A stretch of DNA of 63,482 bases, from contig JBKXSZ010000002.1 in the NCBI GenBank assembly GCA_047017005.1, positions 44,620 through 108,101 of the forward strand, given 5' to 3'. Positions 28,573-38,782 of the stretch are shown one piece after another. Below the pieces are notes generated by a model that was not told where the DNA came from, ran no database searches, and was given only the letters and a program-made list of their open reading frames with translations. Every line of letters begins with the position of its first letter. The first letter of the stretch is position 1. The translations under genes were made by a program, and so were the position numbers. This DNA is from Clostridia bacterium (GTDB lineage: Bacteria > Bacillota > Clostridia > TANB77 > CAG-508).

Positions 28573-29643
28573 TTATTTTTTCTTTTTCATTGTTCTTAAA
28601 AAGCCTCTTAGTTTTCGGAATGTTCTTTCCGAGAATATATATAGTTTATATACAAATGGTTTGAAAGGAATGTATACTTCCCCTATAAATTCTGTGAATT
28701 CTGCTCCAAATCCTTTTTTAAAACGATATAAACCATATTGTGGATGATTCTCATCAACCACTCCTGAAACACCTCTTAAATCATAGACATCCATTTTTTT
28801 GGCAATAGCAACTTTTATCATTTCCCATTGTAATAAATAGTTTGGCATTACATTACGATGAGCATTACTGCTTGCTCCATATAAATACCATGCTTTATTT
28901 CCATATAGTATTTCTATTACTCCTGAAATAGGTTGTCCTTCGTAATCGGCCATTAATAGCTTACAATGTTTAGGGCCTAAGGAATCATATAACTTTTCAA
29001 AATAGGCAAGTGGCCTTATAATAAATCCATCTCTTGCACCTGTTTCTACCATAATACGATGAAAATCTTTTAAATCTTCCTTAGTTCCTTCTCTTACGGT
29101 TACTCCCTTTTTAGTTGCTAATCTTACATTATATCTTGTTTTAGAATGAAAACCTGCAAAAATTTCATCTTCCGTTTTTCCCTTAATATCTAATCGAAAT
29201 ACATATCTTGGTTGAATTTCATCACGAAAGTCTTTAGCGTTGTCTTTTATTTTATAGCCTAAATTCTCCATGATCTTTCTAAATTCGGTATCTTCACTCT
29301 TTATATCTGGTTCTATCTTTAATACCATAGCATTATACTTTTTAGCTAGTACCTTAGCACCTTCTGTTAATTGTTTTAATACAGTTTCGTCATGAATATC
29401 ACTTACTGGTCCTCTAGAAGAATACATCAAATATCCGAAAATTGGCATTTTACGTACTAAAACGCTTAAAGAACCAATGATATTTTTATTTTCATCCTCT
29501 GCTAAAATCACTTCATTTTTCCAGTTATCATTCTTTACTTCTCCCCATTCTAAGGATTGCTGAAAATTACATCTATCATGGCTTTCTAAAAATTGTGTAT
29601 ATAACTCTTTGTCTTTTTCTTCTAATATTCTCAAAAAAATCAT
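28573..29643 (-). CDS. FemAB-family peptidoglycan interpeptide-bridge aminoacyltransferase
   Basis: 356 aa. FLQSxxWGEVK-like N-terminus ([15 protein letters not shown]) and a YLYGASS...[10 protein letters not shown] core, as in the FemAB/MurM family. Confidence 0.8.
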   Translation of the reverse strand: MIFLRILEEKDKELYTQFLESHDRCNFQQSLEWGEVKNDNWKNEVILAEDENKNIIGSLSVLVRKMPIFGYLMYSSRGPVSDIHDETVLKQLTEGAKVLAKKYNAMVLKIEPDIKSEDTEFRKIMENLGYKIKDNAKDFRDEIQPRYVFRLDIKGKTEDEIFAGFHSKTRYNVRLATKKGVTVREGTKEDLKDFHRIMVETGARDGFIIRPLAYFEKLYDSLGPKHCKLLMADYEGQPISGVIEILYGNKAWYLYGASSNAHRNVMPNYLLQWEMIKVAIAKKMDVYDLRGVSGVVDENHPQYGLYRFKKGFGAEFTEFIGEVYIPFKPFVYKLYIFSERTFRKLRGFLRTMKKKK

Positions 29644-29942
29644 TCCTCCTAAATGTTAGTATTACCTTTATCGTTATATTTTACACTAAAAGAACTTTTT
29701 TTACAATAGAAAACAGACAACATTTCCATTCGTATTTGACGCGTAAAATAGAAAAAGAACTAGGAATTTCTCCTAGCTCTTTTGATAGTGTTCACCATAT
29801 ACTTCAATAGCAGTTGCTATTATACTATTTAGTTGCTCATGGCTTTATGTACTATTTTCACAAACCCAGTCTAAATAGTATTTCTATTTCTCCGTTAGCA
29901 TTTTTCTTTGTTGTCTAAAAAATAGAAGGGAATTTCTCCCTT

Positions 29943-30323
29943 CTATGCTAATATGTTCGGTTCTTTCTCCCATTCCATTTCTTCTATAACTTCTTTCAAC
30001 AACTCTGCAATTGAAATCTCAATTACCTTAAGTTTATCTATCTTTACTGCTTGCATAAAGATTTTATAATACTCTTCATTTGATAGTATTTGGTCCGCTT
30101 TTCCTAGGCTTTTTTCAATTCTCCTAAGAGCAAAAAGGATTTTCTTTTTTGCAGCCTTTAATTCCGTTTTCTCTTCATTTATACCCTTTATTGACGTTGT
30201 TACAAAAGCTTTGGTTAGTTTTTGTTCTTCCTCATCCAGCTGTTCAAAATCCTCCAAACATATGTCTAGTCCTTTGATAATTCCCTCAAGGACATCTAAT
30301 ACTTCTTCACTTAATTTCAACAT
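29943..30323 (-). CDS. hypothetical helical protein
   Basis: 126 aa with a GAGGAATAAAAATG RBS and no recognisable motif. Confidence 0.4.
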   Translation of the reverse strand: MLKLSEEVLDVLEGIIKGLDICLEDFEQLDEEEQKLTKAFVTTSIKGINEEKTELKAAKKKILFALRRIEKSLGKADQILSNEEYYKIFMQAVKIDKLKVIEISIAELLKEVIEEMEWEKEPNILA

Positions 30324-30434
30324 TTTTATTCCTCCTGTCTTCTCCTCTTGCTTATGTAAAATTAAATGGTAAGCTATTTATATTATAACTCACCGTTTAG
30401 TTTATGTCAACTTTGTATTTCTATTTGTAATCTT

Positions 30435-31829
30435 TTATAGTTTTTCTACAGTCATTCCCTCTTTAGTATCCTTTACAAGATATCCTCTTTCTCTCAATTC
30501 ATCTCTTAGCCTATCTGATTCTGTCCAATTTTTATTTTCTCTTGCTGCTGTTCTTTCTTCTAATATTTTCTTAATTTCTTCTGGTAATTTAATCCCCTCT
30601 TCTTTTTCTTCTGGCTTTTCTGTTATTCTTAATCCCATTACCGTATCCATTTTCTCTAATAGCTCAGCAGCCTTTTTGGATTTCTGAGGTAGTCTTATGA
30701 CTTCCCATACATAACTCATTGCTTTTGGCATATTTAAGTCATCATTAATTGCTTTATGGAACTTTTCTTCATATTCCGTTAATATTGTTTCTTCTATCTG
30801 TTCTGTTCCGTTTTTATGTTTTAAATATCCTTCTCTTAAACGCATTAAAGACTTATTTGCAGCATCAATTGCTTTCCATGTAAAGTTTATTTTTTTACGA
30901 TAATCGGAAGAATAGCAAAATACACGATAAGCTAGTGGGTCATATCCACGTTTTACAATGTCTTCTACTAGATACACATTTCCTAAGCTCTTTGACATTT
31001 TTCCGCCGTCTATTAATAGAAATTCTCCATGCATCCAGAATCTAGCAGGTACTTTCCCTGTTAATCCTTTGCTTTGTGCAATTTCATTTTCATGGTGAGT
31101 TGGAATTAAATCGACTCCCCCTGTATGGATATCAAATACTTCTCCTAGATATTTATTACTCATGGTAGAACATTCAATATGCCATCCTGGATAGCATAGA
31201 CCCCAAGGACTATCCCATTTTTGAATATGATTTTTGGGAGCTTTTATCCAAAGGGCAAAGTCATGTGGATTTCTCTTTTCTTCATCTACTTCTACTCTTG
31301 CACCTGCTTTTTGATCTTCTAGATTTAGATTAGATAAAATAGGGTACTTATCTAATTTTGAAATATCAAAATAAATAGCAGTCGAAGTTTCGTAAGCATA
31401 TCCTTTTTCTACTAATCCTTCTACAAAATGGAGCATATCTTGAATATGGTCCGTTGCTTTACAAATGATTTCAGGTTTCTCTACATTTAACCTTTCTAAG
31501 TCCATGAAAAAACGTTCTGTATAGTAATTTGCTATCTCTAATGGAGTTTTTCCTTCTTCTTTTGCAGATTTCTCCATTTTATCTTCCCCATCATCACCAT
31601 CTGAGACTAAATGTCCCACATCCGTTATATTCATTGCATGTTTTAAAGTATATCCGTTGTATCGTAATACTCTTCTTAATACATCTTGAAATATATTGGT
31701 TCTCATATTTCCAATGGTGGCATCTTTATATACAGTTGGTCCACAAGAATAGATTCTTACTTCATTTCCTTCTAAAGGGGTGAATGTTTCTTTTTTTCTG
31801 GTTAATGTGTTATAAAATTTTAATTCCAT
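30435..31829 (-). CDS. cysS: cysteine--tRNA ligase
   Basis: 464 aa. Class I HIGH-type motif (ATIGNMRT), KMSKSLGN, and Zn-binding residues (C at YSCGPT, plus HIEC). Confidence 0.93.
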   Translation of the reverse strand: MELKFYNTLTRKKETFTPLEGNEVRIYSCGPTVYKDATIGNMRTNIFQDVLRRVLRYNGYTLKHAMNITDVGHLVSDGDDGEDKMEKSAKEEGKTPLEIANYYTERFFMDLERLNVEKPEIICKATDHIQDMLHFVEGLVEKGYAYETSTAIYFDISKLDKYPILSNLNLEDQKAGARVEVDEEKRNPHDFALWIKAPKNHIQKWDSPWGLCYPGWHIECSTMSNKYLGEVFDIHTGGVDLIPTHHENEIAQSKGLTGKVPARFWMHGEFLLIDGGKMSKSLGNVYLVEDIVKRGYDPLAYRVFCYSSDYRKKINFTWKAIDAANKSLMRLREGYLKHKNGTEQIEETILTEYEEKFHKAINDDLNMPKAMSYVWEVIRLPQKSKKAAELLEKMDTVMGLRITEKPEEKEEGIKLPEEIKKILEERTAARENKNWTESDRLRDELRERGYLVKDTKEGMTVEKL

Positions 31830-31915
31830 TTTCTCACTTCCTCCTTATCTTAGATACGAATATATAGGGAGAGGATAATTTCTCCCTATATATCTTTATT
31901 CTTCTTTTTTTTGTT

Positions 31916-34450
31916 TTATTCTGTTGTGTTTGGCACATTATTTGCCTCTGGCTTTTCTGGTTTATCCGTTGTATTATTTTCTGGCTTTGTTGTATTCGTA
32001 TTTCCGCCATCTACTGTATTATTTACCGGTTTATCAATTGTATTATTTCCTGGTTTACTTGTGTTGGTATTTGGTTCTTCTTTCGGTTTCTCTTCTGGTT
32101 TCTCCTCTGGTTTTGTATGAATTGTACAATGGTCTGTTACAATATCAAATTTTCCGCCGTAGTCTGTATCCCATTTTGCTTTTTGTTCTTTTTCTGGTTT
32201 TGCGGTATAAGTTCTTTCCTCTGTTTCTGGGCAATATTCATTTGCTATTTTTCCAGTTGTTTTACAAATAGTTAATGTAATATGTCCTTCACATTTTTTC
32301 GTTGGCTGTGTTCCTTTTACAAATACTTCTGTATAGGTATCTGAGCATTTATCTGTCGCAAGCATTCCAGACTTTTTACAAATAGTAGCTGTTACAATTC
32401 CAGCCGGTCTTTCAAAGCTTGCTTTATCTAATCCTTTATGAATATCCTTCATAATGTTAGACCAAATTAAACCTGCAGGGTTTGTTCCAGACCATTTTAC
32501 TTCTTCTAGTTGGTCATATCCAAACCAAGTAGCTGCTGTATAATATGGAGTAAATCCGCATAACCATCTATCGTTATTGCTATTAGTTGTACCTGTTTTG
32601 GCTGCTACATCCATTCCTGATATCTTACAATATGTCGCAGTACCACTTAATACTGGTTGTGTTAAAATGCTCTTTACAACATAGGCAGATTCTTCTGAAA
32701 ATACTCTTCTCTTTTCTTGCTTTGGTTCTAGTATTGTATTTCCTTTCATATCCGTTACTTTTGTATAGAAGGTTGGAGTAATATATTCACCATCGTTTGC
32801 TATGGTTGCATATGCTCCTGCTACTTCAAGTGGGCTAATACCATCAGAGATACCTCCAATTGCCAGTGGTAAAGATTCATCATCTTTCTTTTTATCTTCT
32901 CCATGTTTATATAGACTGGTTACTCCCATCTTTCTTAAATAATCGATGGATTTTCCTGGTGTTAATTCTGTCATAATCTTTAATGGTACCATGTTTTGTG
33001 AATATCCAATGGCATCACGAACCGTAATCAATCCTCTATATTTATCATTATCATTTTTAGGTGTATAACTTCCAAATTTTGTTTTGGAATCATCATATAC
33101 TGTTCCTGCTGTAATAATCTTTTCTTGAATTGCTGGTGCTATTGTTGAAATTGGTTTCATTGCAGAACCTGTCTGTCTCGTTGATTGTGTTGCTCTATTT
33201 AGGTTTCCAGATACTGTTTTTTCTCCTAGTCCACCAACAGTTCCTACTACATTTCCTGTTTTATGGTCGATGATTACCATTGCAGATTGTGTATGGTCAT
33301 TAATTAGATTTCCATCTTTATCTTTTTGACGGCCTTTTTTGATGTAGGTGTCTTTTTCATATTCTTCTTCCATTCTATTCTGAATGCTAGAGTCTTGGGT
33401 AGAGTGAATAATGAATCCATTACTTTCGATATATGTTTTTGCATATTCTCTATCCATTTCTTTTTCTTCTACTAACTGATTAATAATTTGATTAATAGCC
33501 GCTTCTGTATGGTAAGAATATACTTGTTCTGCAATTTCTCCTTTTTGGAAAGCTAAGCCATCTTCTACTTCTTGTACTGCTTCGGTATATTGTGCTTCAT
33601 CTATTTTTCCTAATTCTTTCATCTTACCTAGAACAGTTTTGGTTCTTGTTTTTATTTTATCAGTATTTGGTTCTTCTTTAAATGGGTCATAGGTATTTGG
33701 AGTATGGGTTATTCCCGCAATATACGCAGATTGTGCTAAAGATAATTCATTTGCTGGCTTTGCGAAATAGTATTGAGCAGCCATCTCTACTCCACATATA
33801 TTTTTACCTCCACCTCCTAAATAGATGGTATTTAAATAACTTTGTAAGATTTCATCTTTGGATAACATTCTTTCCGCTTTATATGCCATACACATTTCTT
33901 TAATTTTACGAATTGGACTATCTCTTTTGTCATTTGTTTTATTCTTAACTAATTGTTGTGTAATGGTACTTCCACCAAAAGAAGATTTCCCAAAGTGTGT
34001 TATATATGTTACCGTTGCACCTAAAGTTCTCTTAATATCTACACCATGATGTTCATAGAATCTTTCATCCTCTATTGAAACAAAAGCCTTTGGAAGGTAT
34101 TCTCCCATTTCCGATAAATTGACTACTTTACGATTTTCATTACTATTTAAAACAGTAATCGTCTCTCCATCAATATCTTGTACTACTGAATTTGAAGTTC
34201 CTAATAGCAGTTCTGCTTTTGTTATATTACTTCCAAAGAAGAAGATACCAGCTACTACTCCTACTCCTACAATCACTAATAAGGCAAAGAGAATAAGGCA
34301 TATTTTTAAAATCTTTTTACGCATTGGATGATTTCCATTGCCTTTTGTCTTACCTTTTTTCTTTCCCGTTTTTTTACTAGTTCCTTCTCTTTTCACTTTA
34401 TATTTTTTTGTCTTATCATCTACACTATGTCTACTTTCCTTTGTTCCCAC
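31916..34450 (-). CDS. class A penicillin-binding protein (glycosyltransferase + transpeptidase)
   Basis: 844 aa. GT51 motifs (EDERFYEHHGVD, GGSTITQQL), transpeptidase motifs SAMKP, a putative SxN equivalent (YSQN) and KTGT, and a Pro/Asn/Thr-rich C-terminal tail. GTG start with an AAGGAGGA RBS. Confidence 0.9.
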   Translation of the reverse strand: MGTKESRHSVDDKTKKYKVKREGTSKKTGKKKGKTKGNGNHPMRKKILKICLILFALLVIVGVGVVAGIFFFGSNITKAELLLGTSNSVVQDIDGETITVLNSNENRKVVNLSEMGEYLPKAFVSIEDERFYEHHGVDIKRTLGATVTYITHFGKSSFGGSTITQQLVKNKTNDKRDSPIRKIKEMCMAYKAERMLSKDEILQSYLNTIYLGGGGKNICGVEMAAQYYFAKPANELSLAQSAYIAGITHTPNTYDPFKEEPNTDKIKTRTKTVLGKMKELGKIDEAQYTEAVQEVEDGLAFQKGEIAEQVYSYHTEAAINQIINQLVEEKEMDREYAKTYIESNGFIIHSTQDSSIQNRMEEEYEKDTYIKKGRQKDKDGNLINDHTQSAMVIIDHKTGNVVGTVGGLGEKTVSGNLNRATQSTRQTGSAMKPISTIAPAIQEKIITAGTVYDDSKTKFGSYTPKNDNDKYRGLITVRDAIGYSQNMVPLKIMTELTPGKSIDYLRKMGVTSLYKHGEDKKKDDESLPLAIGGISDGISPLEVAGAYATIANDGEYITPTFYTKVTDMKGNTILEPKQEKRRVFSEESAYVVKSILTQPVLSGTATYCKISGMDVAAKTGTTNSNNDRWLCGFTPYYTAATWFGYDQLEEVKWSGTNPAGLIWSNIMKDIHKGLDKASFERPAGIVTATICKKSGMLATDKCSDTYTEVFVKGTQPTKKCEGHITLTICKTTGKIANEYCPETEERTYTAKPEKEQKAKWDTDYGGKFDIVTDHCTIHTKPEEKPEEKPKEEPNTNTSKPGNNTIDKPVNNTVDGGNTNTTKPENNTTDKPEKPEANNVPNTTE

Positions 34451-34575
34451 TTTAATCCTCCTTAAGCCAATAAACTGACTTCGTTTGTATTTTAGTGTTT
34501 TGCAGTTTTTTATAATGATATTTTCATTATATTATAAATTACCAAAAAGATAAAGTCTTTTAATAAAAATTTAAT

Positions 34576-34589
34576 GTTTCTGTAATAAT
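34576..34589. repeat. left copy of 14-bp direct repeat flanking the IS (GTTTCTGTAATAAT)
   Basis: An identical 14-mer occurs at 36247..36260, immediately outside the IS ends. Confidence 0.8.
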
Positions 34590-36246
34590 GGTGAATTGTA
34601 AAAGTAAAAGCAATTCTCAAATATATAAGTAGAAATTAGTCTTACACAAGTCTTTAATGTACAACTTAACGCAATTTTAGTATAATATATATGCAAATGT
34701 TTTTGGTGGAAATGGAGTATTAGATATGATCGAAAAAGGGAAACAATTAACATTAAGCCAAAGAATTAAAATAGAAGAAATGTTGAACCAAAGATACAGA
34801 AAATTTGAAATTGCTAATGAATTAGATAAAAGCCAATCTACTATTGCAAGAGAAATTAACAAACATAAAAAATTAAAACCTCATAATCCTTTAAACAATG
34901 ATAATCTGTACAACTGTAAGTACTTCATTAACTGCAAAAAATGTACAGGAAAATGTAGAATATTTCAACCTATTCCTTGTAAAGATAGAGACAGGAATAT
35001 TGGTGTTTGCAATAATTGTAATAAATTAAAATCTTGCAATTTAGATAAATATTTCTACAAAGCTGAAGATGCACAAAAGAATTACGAATATACATTAAAA
35101 GATTCTAGACAAGGTGTTAATTTAAATACTTCCGAATTAATTGAATTAGCTCATATCATCTGTCCTCTTGTTAAAAAAGGTCAATCTATTTATACAATCT
35201 TAAATAACCATCCTGAAATAAAATTATGCGAAAAAACAATATATAATTACATAGAAATGGGATTATTTAAAGATTGGGATGTTACTAATTTAACACTTAA
35301 AAGAAAGGTTAGAAGGAAAGTGTCTAAAAAGAAGTTTAAAAAACGTAAGGAACCAGAAAATTATGAAGGAAGAACATATACTGATTATCTCAATTACAAA
35401 ATTCTTAATCCTAATGTTCCTACAACAGAAATGGATACTGTATACAACAATCAATCTGGTCCATATATTCAAACTTTCATATTTGAAAATACTTCATTTA
35501 TGATTGGTATACTACACAAAGATAAAACAGCTGATTCTATGTCAAAAACTTTAAATGACTTTCAGGACAAACTATCTGATGAAGAGTATAGAAAACTATT
35601 TTCTCTTCTGCTAACAGATAGAGGTACTGAATTTGGCAAACCACAGCAATTTGAAATTAATATGGAAACAGGAGAAATTAGAAGTAAAATTTTCTATTGT
35701 GATCCAATGCAATCAAGTCAAAAGCCACATGTAGAGAATAATCATAACTTCATAAGAGAAATTTTACCCAATGGACAAAACTGGAACAATTTAACACAGG
35801 ATAAAGTAGATTTAATGTTTTCTCATATAAATTCTACTCCAAGACAATCATTAGGCAATAAAACACCATATGAGATATTTACATTTATTTACGGAACAGA
35901 ATTAGCAGACAAGCTAAATATACAAGAGATAGCAAAAGACGAGATAACTACAAATCCTCGCCTTTTCTAATATCTTTATGATTGAAAAAAGATAAACAAA
36001 TAATCAAAAACATTTGCACAATCAAATATCTATACAACTAGAGTCAAATAGCTTTTACTTTTACCCTAAAAAAATTAAATGCAATTTGGCTTGTTTGTTA
36101 TGCAAATTTTTTTGAATTTATACTTTAATTTTACAGAATAAACTAGAAAAAAGCAATACTTTAAGATAAAAATATTGCTTTCAAACTGCATTTAATCGTA
36201 CAAATTGCATTTACTTTACAGAATTGCTTTTAACTTTTCACTTGAC
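34590..36246 (+). mobile_element. IS30-family insertion sequence (1657 bp)
   Basis: Imperfect terminal inverted repeats: GGTGAATTGTAAAAGTAAAAGCAATTCT at the left end, and AGAATTGCTTTTAACTTTTCACTTGAC at the right end. It contains a single transposase ORF and is bounded by a 14-bp direct repeat. Confidence 0.8.
34726..35970 (+). CDS. IS30-family transposase
   Basis: 414 aa. N-terminal HTH (LSQRIKIEEMLNQRYRKFEIANELDKSQSTIAREINKH) and a C-terminal DDE/rve region (..TDRGTEF.. / ..HVENNHNFIREILP). Confidence 0.85.
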   Translation: MIEKGKQLTLSQRIKIEEMLNQRYRKFEIANELDKSQSTIAREINKHKKLKPHNPLNNDNLYNCKYFINCKKCTGKCRIFQPIPCKDRDRNIGVCNNCNKLKSCNLDKYFYKAEDAQKNYEYTLKDSRQGVNLNTSELIELAHIICPLVKKGQSIYTILNNHPEIKLCEKTIYNYIEMGLFKDWDVTNLTLKRKVRRKVSKKKFKKRKEPENYEGRTYTDYLNYKILNPNVPTTEMDTVYNNQSGPYIQTFIFENTSFMIGILHKDKTADSMSKTLNDFQDKLSDEEYRKLFSLLLTDRGTEFGKPQQFEINMETGEIRSKIFYCDPMQSSQKPHVENNHNFIREILPNGQNWNNLTQDKVDLMFSHINSTPRQSLGNKTPYEIFTFIYGTELADKLNIQEIAKDEITTNPRLF

Positions 36247-36260
36247 GTTTCTGTAATAAT
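36247..36260. repeat. right copy of 14-bp direct repeat flanking the IS
   Basis: GTTTCTGTAATAAT, identical to 34576..34589. Confidence 0.8.
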
Positions 36261-36385
36261 CGATATGTAAAATATTTCATTACCCTTTACATACTCTCTA
36301 TTTAATTTTTACTTTTAGTAGCAATACGAAAAGAGCGAGAGAATATTTTCTTCTTCTTTTTATTTTATTTACTTTCAATTCTCTT

Positions 36386-37264
36386 TTATTCCAATATATC
36401 TTCTATATTTGTAACCATTTTTGCTCCCTCTTTTATCAAACGATTAGTTCCGGTGGAATTTTCACTATCAATATTGCCTGGCACTATGAAAACATCTTTT
36501 CCTTGTTCTAAAGCAAAATCTACCGTAATTAAAGTACCACTTTTTTCTTTTGCTTCAACTACTAAAATCCCATTTGCCAATCCACTTATAATACGATTTC
36601 TAGCAGGAAAGTTCATTTTTAATGGTGGAGTTCCAATTGGATATTCGGATATAATGACTCCTCCTTTTTTTAGTATTATTTGTTCTAACTTCAGGTTCTC
36701 TTTTGGATATACCTTATCTAAGCCACATCCTACTACTGCTATTGTTCTTCCTTCTGCCATTAAACATCCTATATGTGCATAACTATCAATTCCTCTTGCG
36801 AGACCACTAATTATTGTAATCCCTTTTTGTGCTAATTCATAAGAAAACTTCTTTGCTATCCTTTCTCCATATGGACTACAGTTTCTACATCCTACTATTC
36901 CAATTCCATATTTAGATAAGATTTCAGTATTTCCTTTCACATAGATTCCAATCGGTGGGTCATAAATTTGTCTTAGTTTATCTGGATATTCTTTTTCTTC
37001 AATGGTAATAAAATGTATTTGTTGTTTTTTCATATATTGTATTTCTTTTTGTATTCTCCTATCGAATTCAATTTCTTGAAAAAAAGTAATCTTTTCCGCT
37101 AATTCTCCTCCTATTCCTTTTACTTGTACTAATTCCTGTTTCCTTGCTTTTCGTATTTGGGATGGAGTTTTAAACCTTTCTAATAGGTTCATTGCTCTTT
37201 TTCCTCCAACTCCTGGTATATGAATTAGCCATATCCAATCTTTTTTGTCTTCTAATCTTTTCAT
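36386..37264 (-). CDS. dprA: DNA-processing protein DprA (Smf)
   Basis: 292 aa with the Rossmann-like core GIVGCRNCSPYG...SGLARGIDSYAH...PARNRIISGL. Confidence 0.88.
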   Translation of the reverse strand: MKRLEDKKDWIWLIHIPGVGGKRAMNLLERFKTPSQIRKARKQELVQVKGIGGELAEKITFFQEIEFDRRIQKEIQYMKKQQIHFITIEEKEYPDKLRQIYDPPIGIYVKGNTEILSKYGIGIVGCRNCSPYGERIAKKFSYELAQKGITIISGLARGIDSYAHIGCLMAEGRTIAVVGCGLDKVYPKENLKLEQIILKKGGVIISEYPIGTPPLKMNFPARNRIISGLANGILVVEAKEKSGTLITVDFALEQGKDVFIVPGNIDSENSTGTNRLIKEGAKMVTNIEDILE

Positions 37265-37413
37265 TCTTTCCCTTCCCTTCTTATACCTTTGTTTTAGTCT
37301 TATTTTGTTTTCTATCTTTTGGCTTTTATTGTTTCCTTTTCTCTTTTTCTTTTAATAAAAAAAGAAGCTCAATTTTCTTGCGCTCCCTTTTTTCTTTTAT
37401 CTTTTTTCCTTTG

Positions 37414-38274
37414 CTATTTTCTCTTTTCTTTATTTTGATTCTTACTTGCTTTTACTACATTTGCCATTAGCATTGCTACTGTCATTGGTCCTACTCCCCC
37501 TGGAACTGGCGTAATATACCTAGCTACCTCTTTTACCTCTTCAAAGTCTACATCTCCTACTAATTTACCTTCTTCATTACGATTCATTCCTACATCAATT
37601 ACAACAGCTCCTTCTTTAACCATATCTGCTGTAATTGTATTTACCTTACCTACTGCAGATACTAAAATATCTGCCTTTTTTGTTACTTCTTTTAAATCAC
37701 TTGTTTTCGAATGACAAATTGTAACCGTTGCATTCTTTTGTAGTAAACATTGTGCCATTGGTTTCCCAACAATATTACTTCTTCCCACCACTACTGCATT
37801 TTTACCTTCTATTTCAATGTCATATGCTTCCAACATTTTTATAATTCCATATGGTGTACAAGAAATAAAGGATTCTTGTCCCAATGCTAATTTTCCTACA
37901 TTTATAGGATGAAATCCATCAACATCTTTTTCTGGATCAATACAAGCAAATGCCTTATTAATATCTAAACCAGATGGTAAAGGACTTTGTAATAAAATAC
38001 CATGTACATCCGTTTTATGATTCAAGCTATCAATTAAAGTTAGCAACTTGTCCATTGTAATATCACTATTTAATAAATATTCCTCATATACAACTCCTAC
38101 TTCTTCACAAGCTTTACTTTTATTTCTTACATAAATTTTAGAAGCTTTGTTATCTCCTACCATAATAACAGCCAGTTTAGGAAGTATTCCTTCTCTTTTT
38201 AATTCTTCTACTTCGTCTTTTAACTCTAATCTCATCTTTTTTGCTAATTCTTTTCCATCGATAATCTGTGCCAT
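37414..38274 (-). CDS. folD: bifunctional methylenetetrahydrofolate dehydrogenase / methenyl-THF cyclohydrolase
   Basis: 286 aa. MAQIIDGKELAKK..., VGRSNIVGKPMA and PVPGGVGPMTVAML. Confidence 0.93.
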   Translation of the reverse strand: MAQIIDGKELAKKMRLELKDEVEELKREGILPKLAVIMVGDNKASKIYVRNKSKACEEVGVVYEEYLLNSDITMDKLLTLIDSLNHKTDVHGILLQSPLPSGLDINKAFACIDPEKDVDGFHPINVGKLALGQESFISCTPYGIIKMLEAYDIEIEGKNAVVVGRSNIVGKPMAQCLLQKNATVTICHSKTSDLKEVTKKADILVSAVGKVNTITADMVKEGAVVIDVGMNRNEEGKLVGDVDFEEVKEVARYITPVPGGVGPMTVAMLMANVVKASKNQNKEKRK

Positions 38275-38407
38275 TTTGTTTCTCCTTTATTTTTTCTTAT
38301 TGTATCTTAAAAGCTTCTTTTTTGCAATTTTTTTCTCTTTCTTTCGTTGTTCTTATACTATTTATTTTATGTAGGATGTGCTTAATTTTAAGCACACCTT
38401 TTATTGT

Positions 38408-38692
38408 TTAGCATTTGTCTTCGTATTTTTTGCATTTATTGCATCTTTTATCTATTGCTCTTAAAATAATTGCTAATAGTAATAAAATTGCAAGGATAAT
38501 AAGAGCTGGAAGAGCTAGTAATAATATTACTCCTATAATTGGTATACTACCTATTATTAATCCTATGGTTAAAGCCAATAGCGTTGATAAAATAAAAATA
38601 ATAGTATCAATGCAACATTTTCTTGCTTTTCTTCTGCATCTGCACTTACATTCACATTCATAGCAATCTTTCTGTTCCATCATATATGACAC
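38408..38692 (-). CDS. small membrane protein with Cys-rich termini, hypothetical
   Basis: 94 aa. The N-terminus is CYECECKCRCRRKARKCC, followed by two TM helices and a C-terminal CNKCKKYEDKC. Confidence 0.45.
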   Translation of the reverse strand: MSYMMEQKDCYECECKCRCRRKARKCCIDTIIFILSTLLALTIGLIIGSIPIIGVILLLALPALIILAILLLLAIILRAIDKRCNKCKKYEDKC

Positions 38693-38782
38693 CTCCTAAC
38701 AGACACTCTATTCCTAGAATGCTATTAGTATATCTTATGTATGTTTTGTTTTTATGTGACTTTTTTCTACATTTTTCCTAAC

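Noticed and set aside
31830-31915. Possible T-box upstream of cysS.
   Set aside because: Only 86 nt separate cysS from the PBP stop codon. The region holds a single terminator-like hairpin (TATAGGGAGA...TCTCCCTATA) and an RBS, which is too short for a T-box.
31911-32271. Plus-strand ORFs of 69 and 115 aa at the 3' end of the PBP gene.
   Set aside because: They are antisense to the low-complexity C-terminal tail of the PBP, with no RBS.
38275-38407. Possible THF riboswitch upstream of folD.
   Set aside because: The region contains only the terminator of the upstream small gene and AT-rich sequence, with no THF-aptamer-like conserved core.
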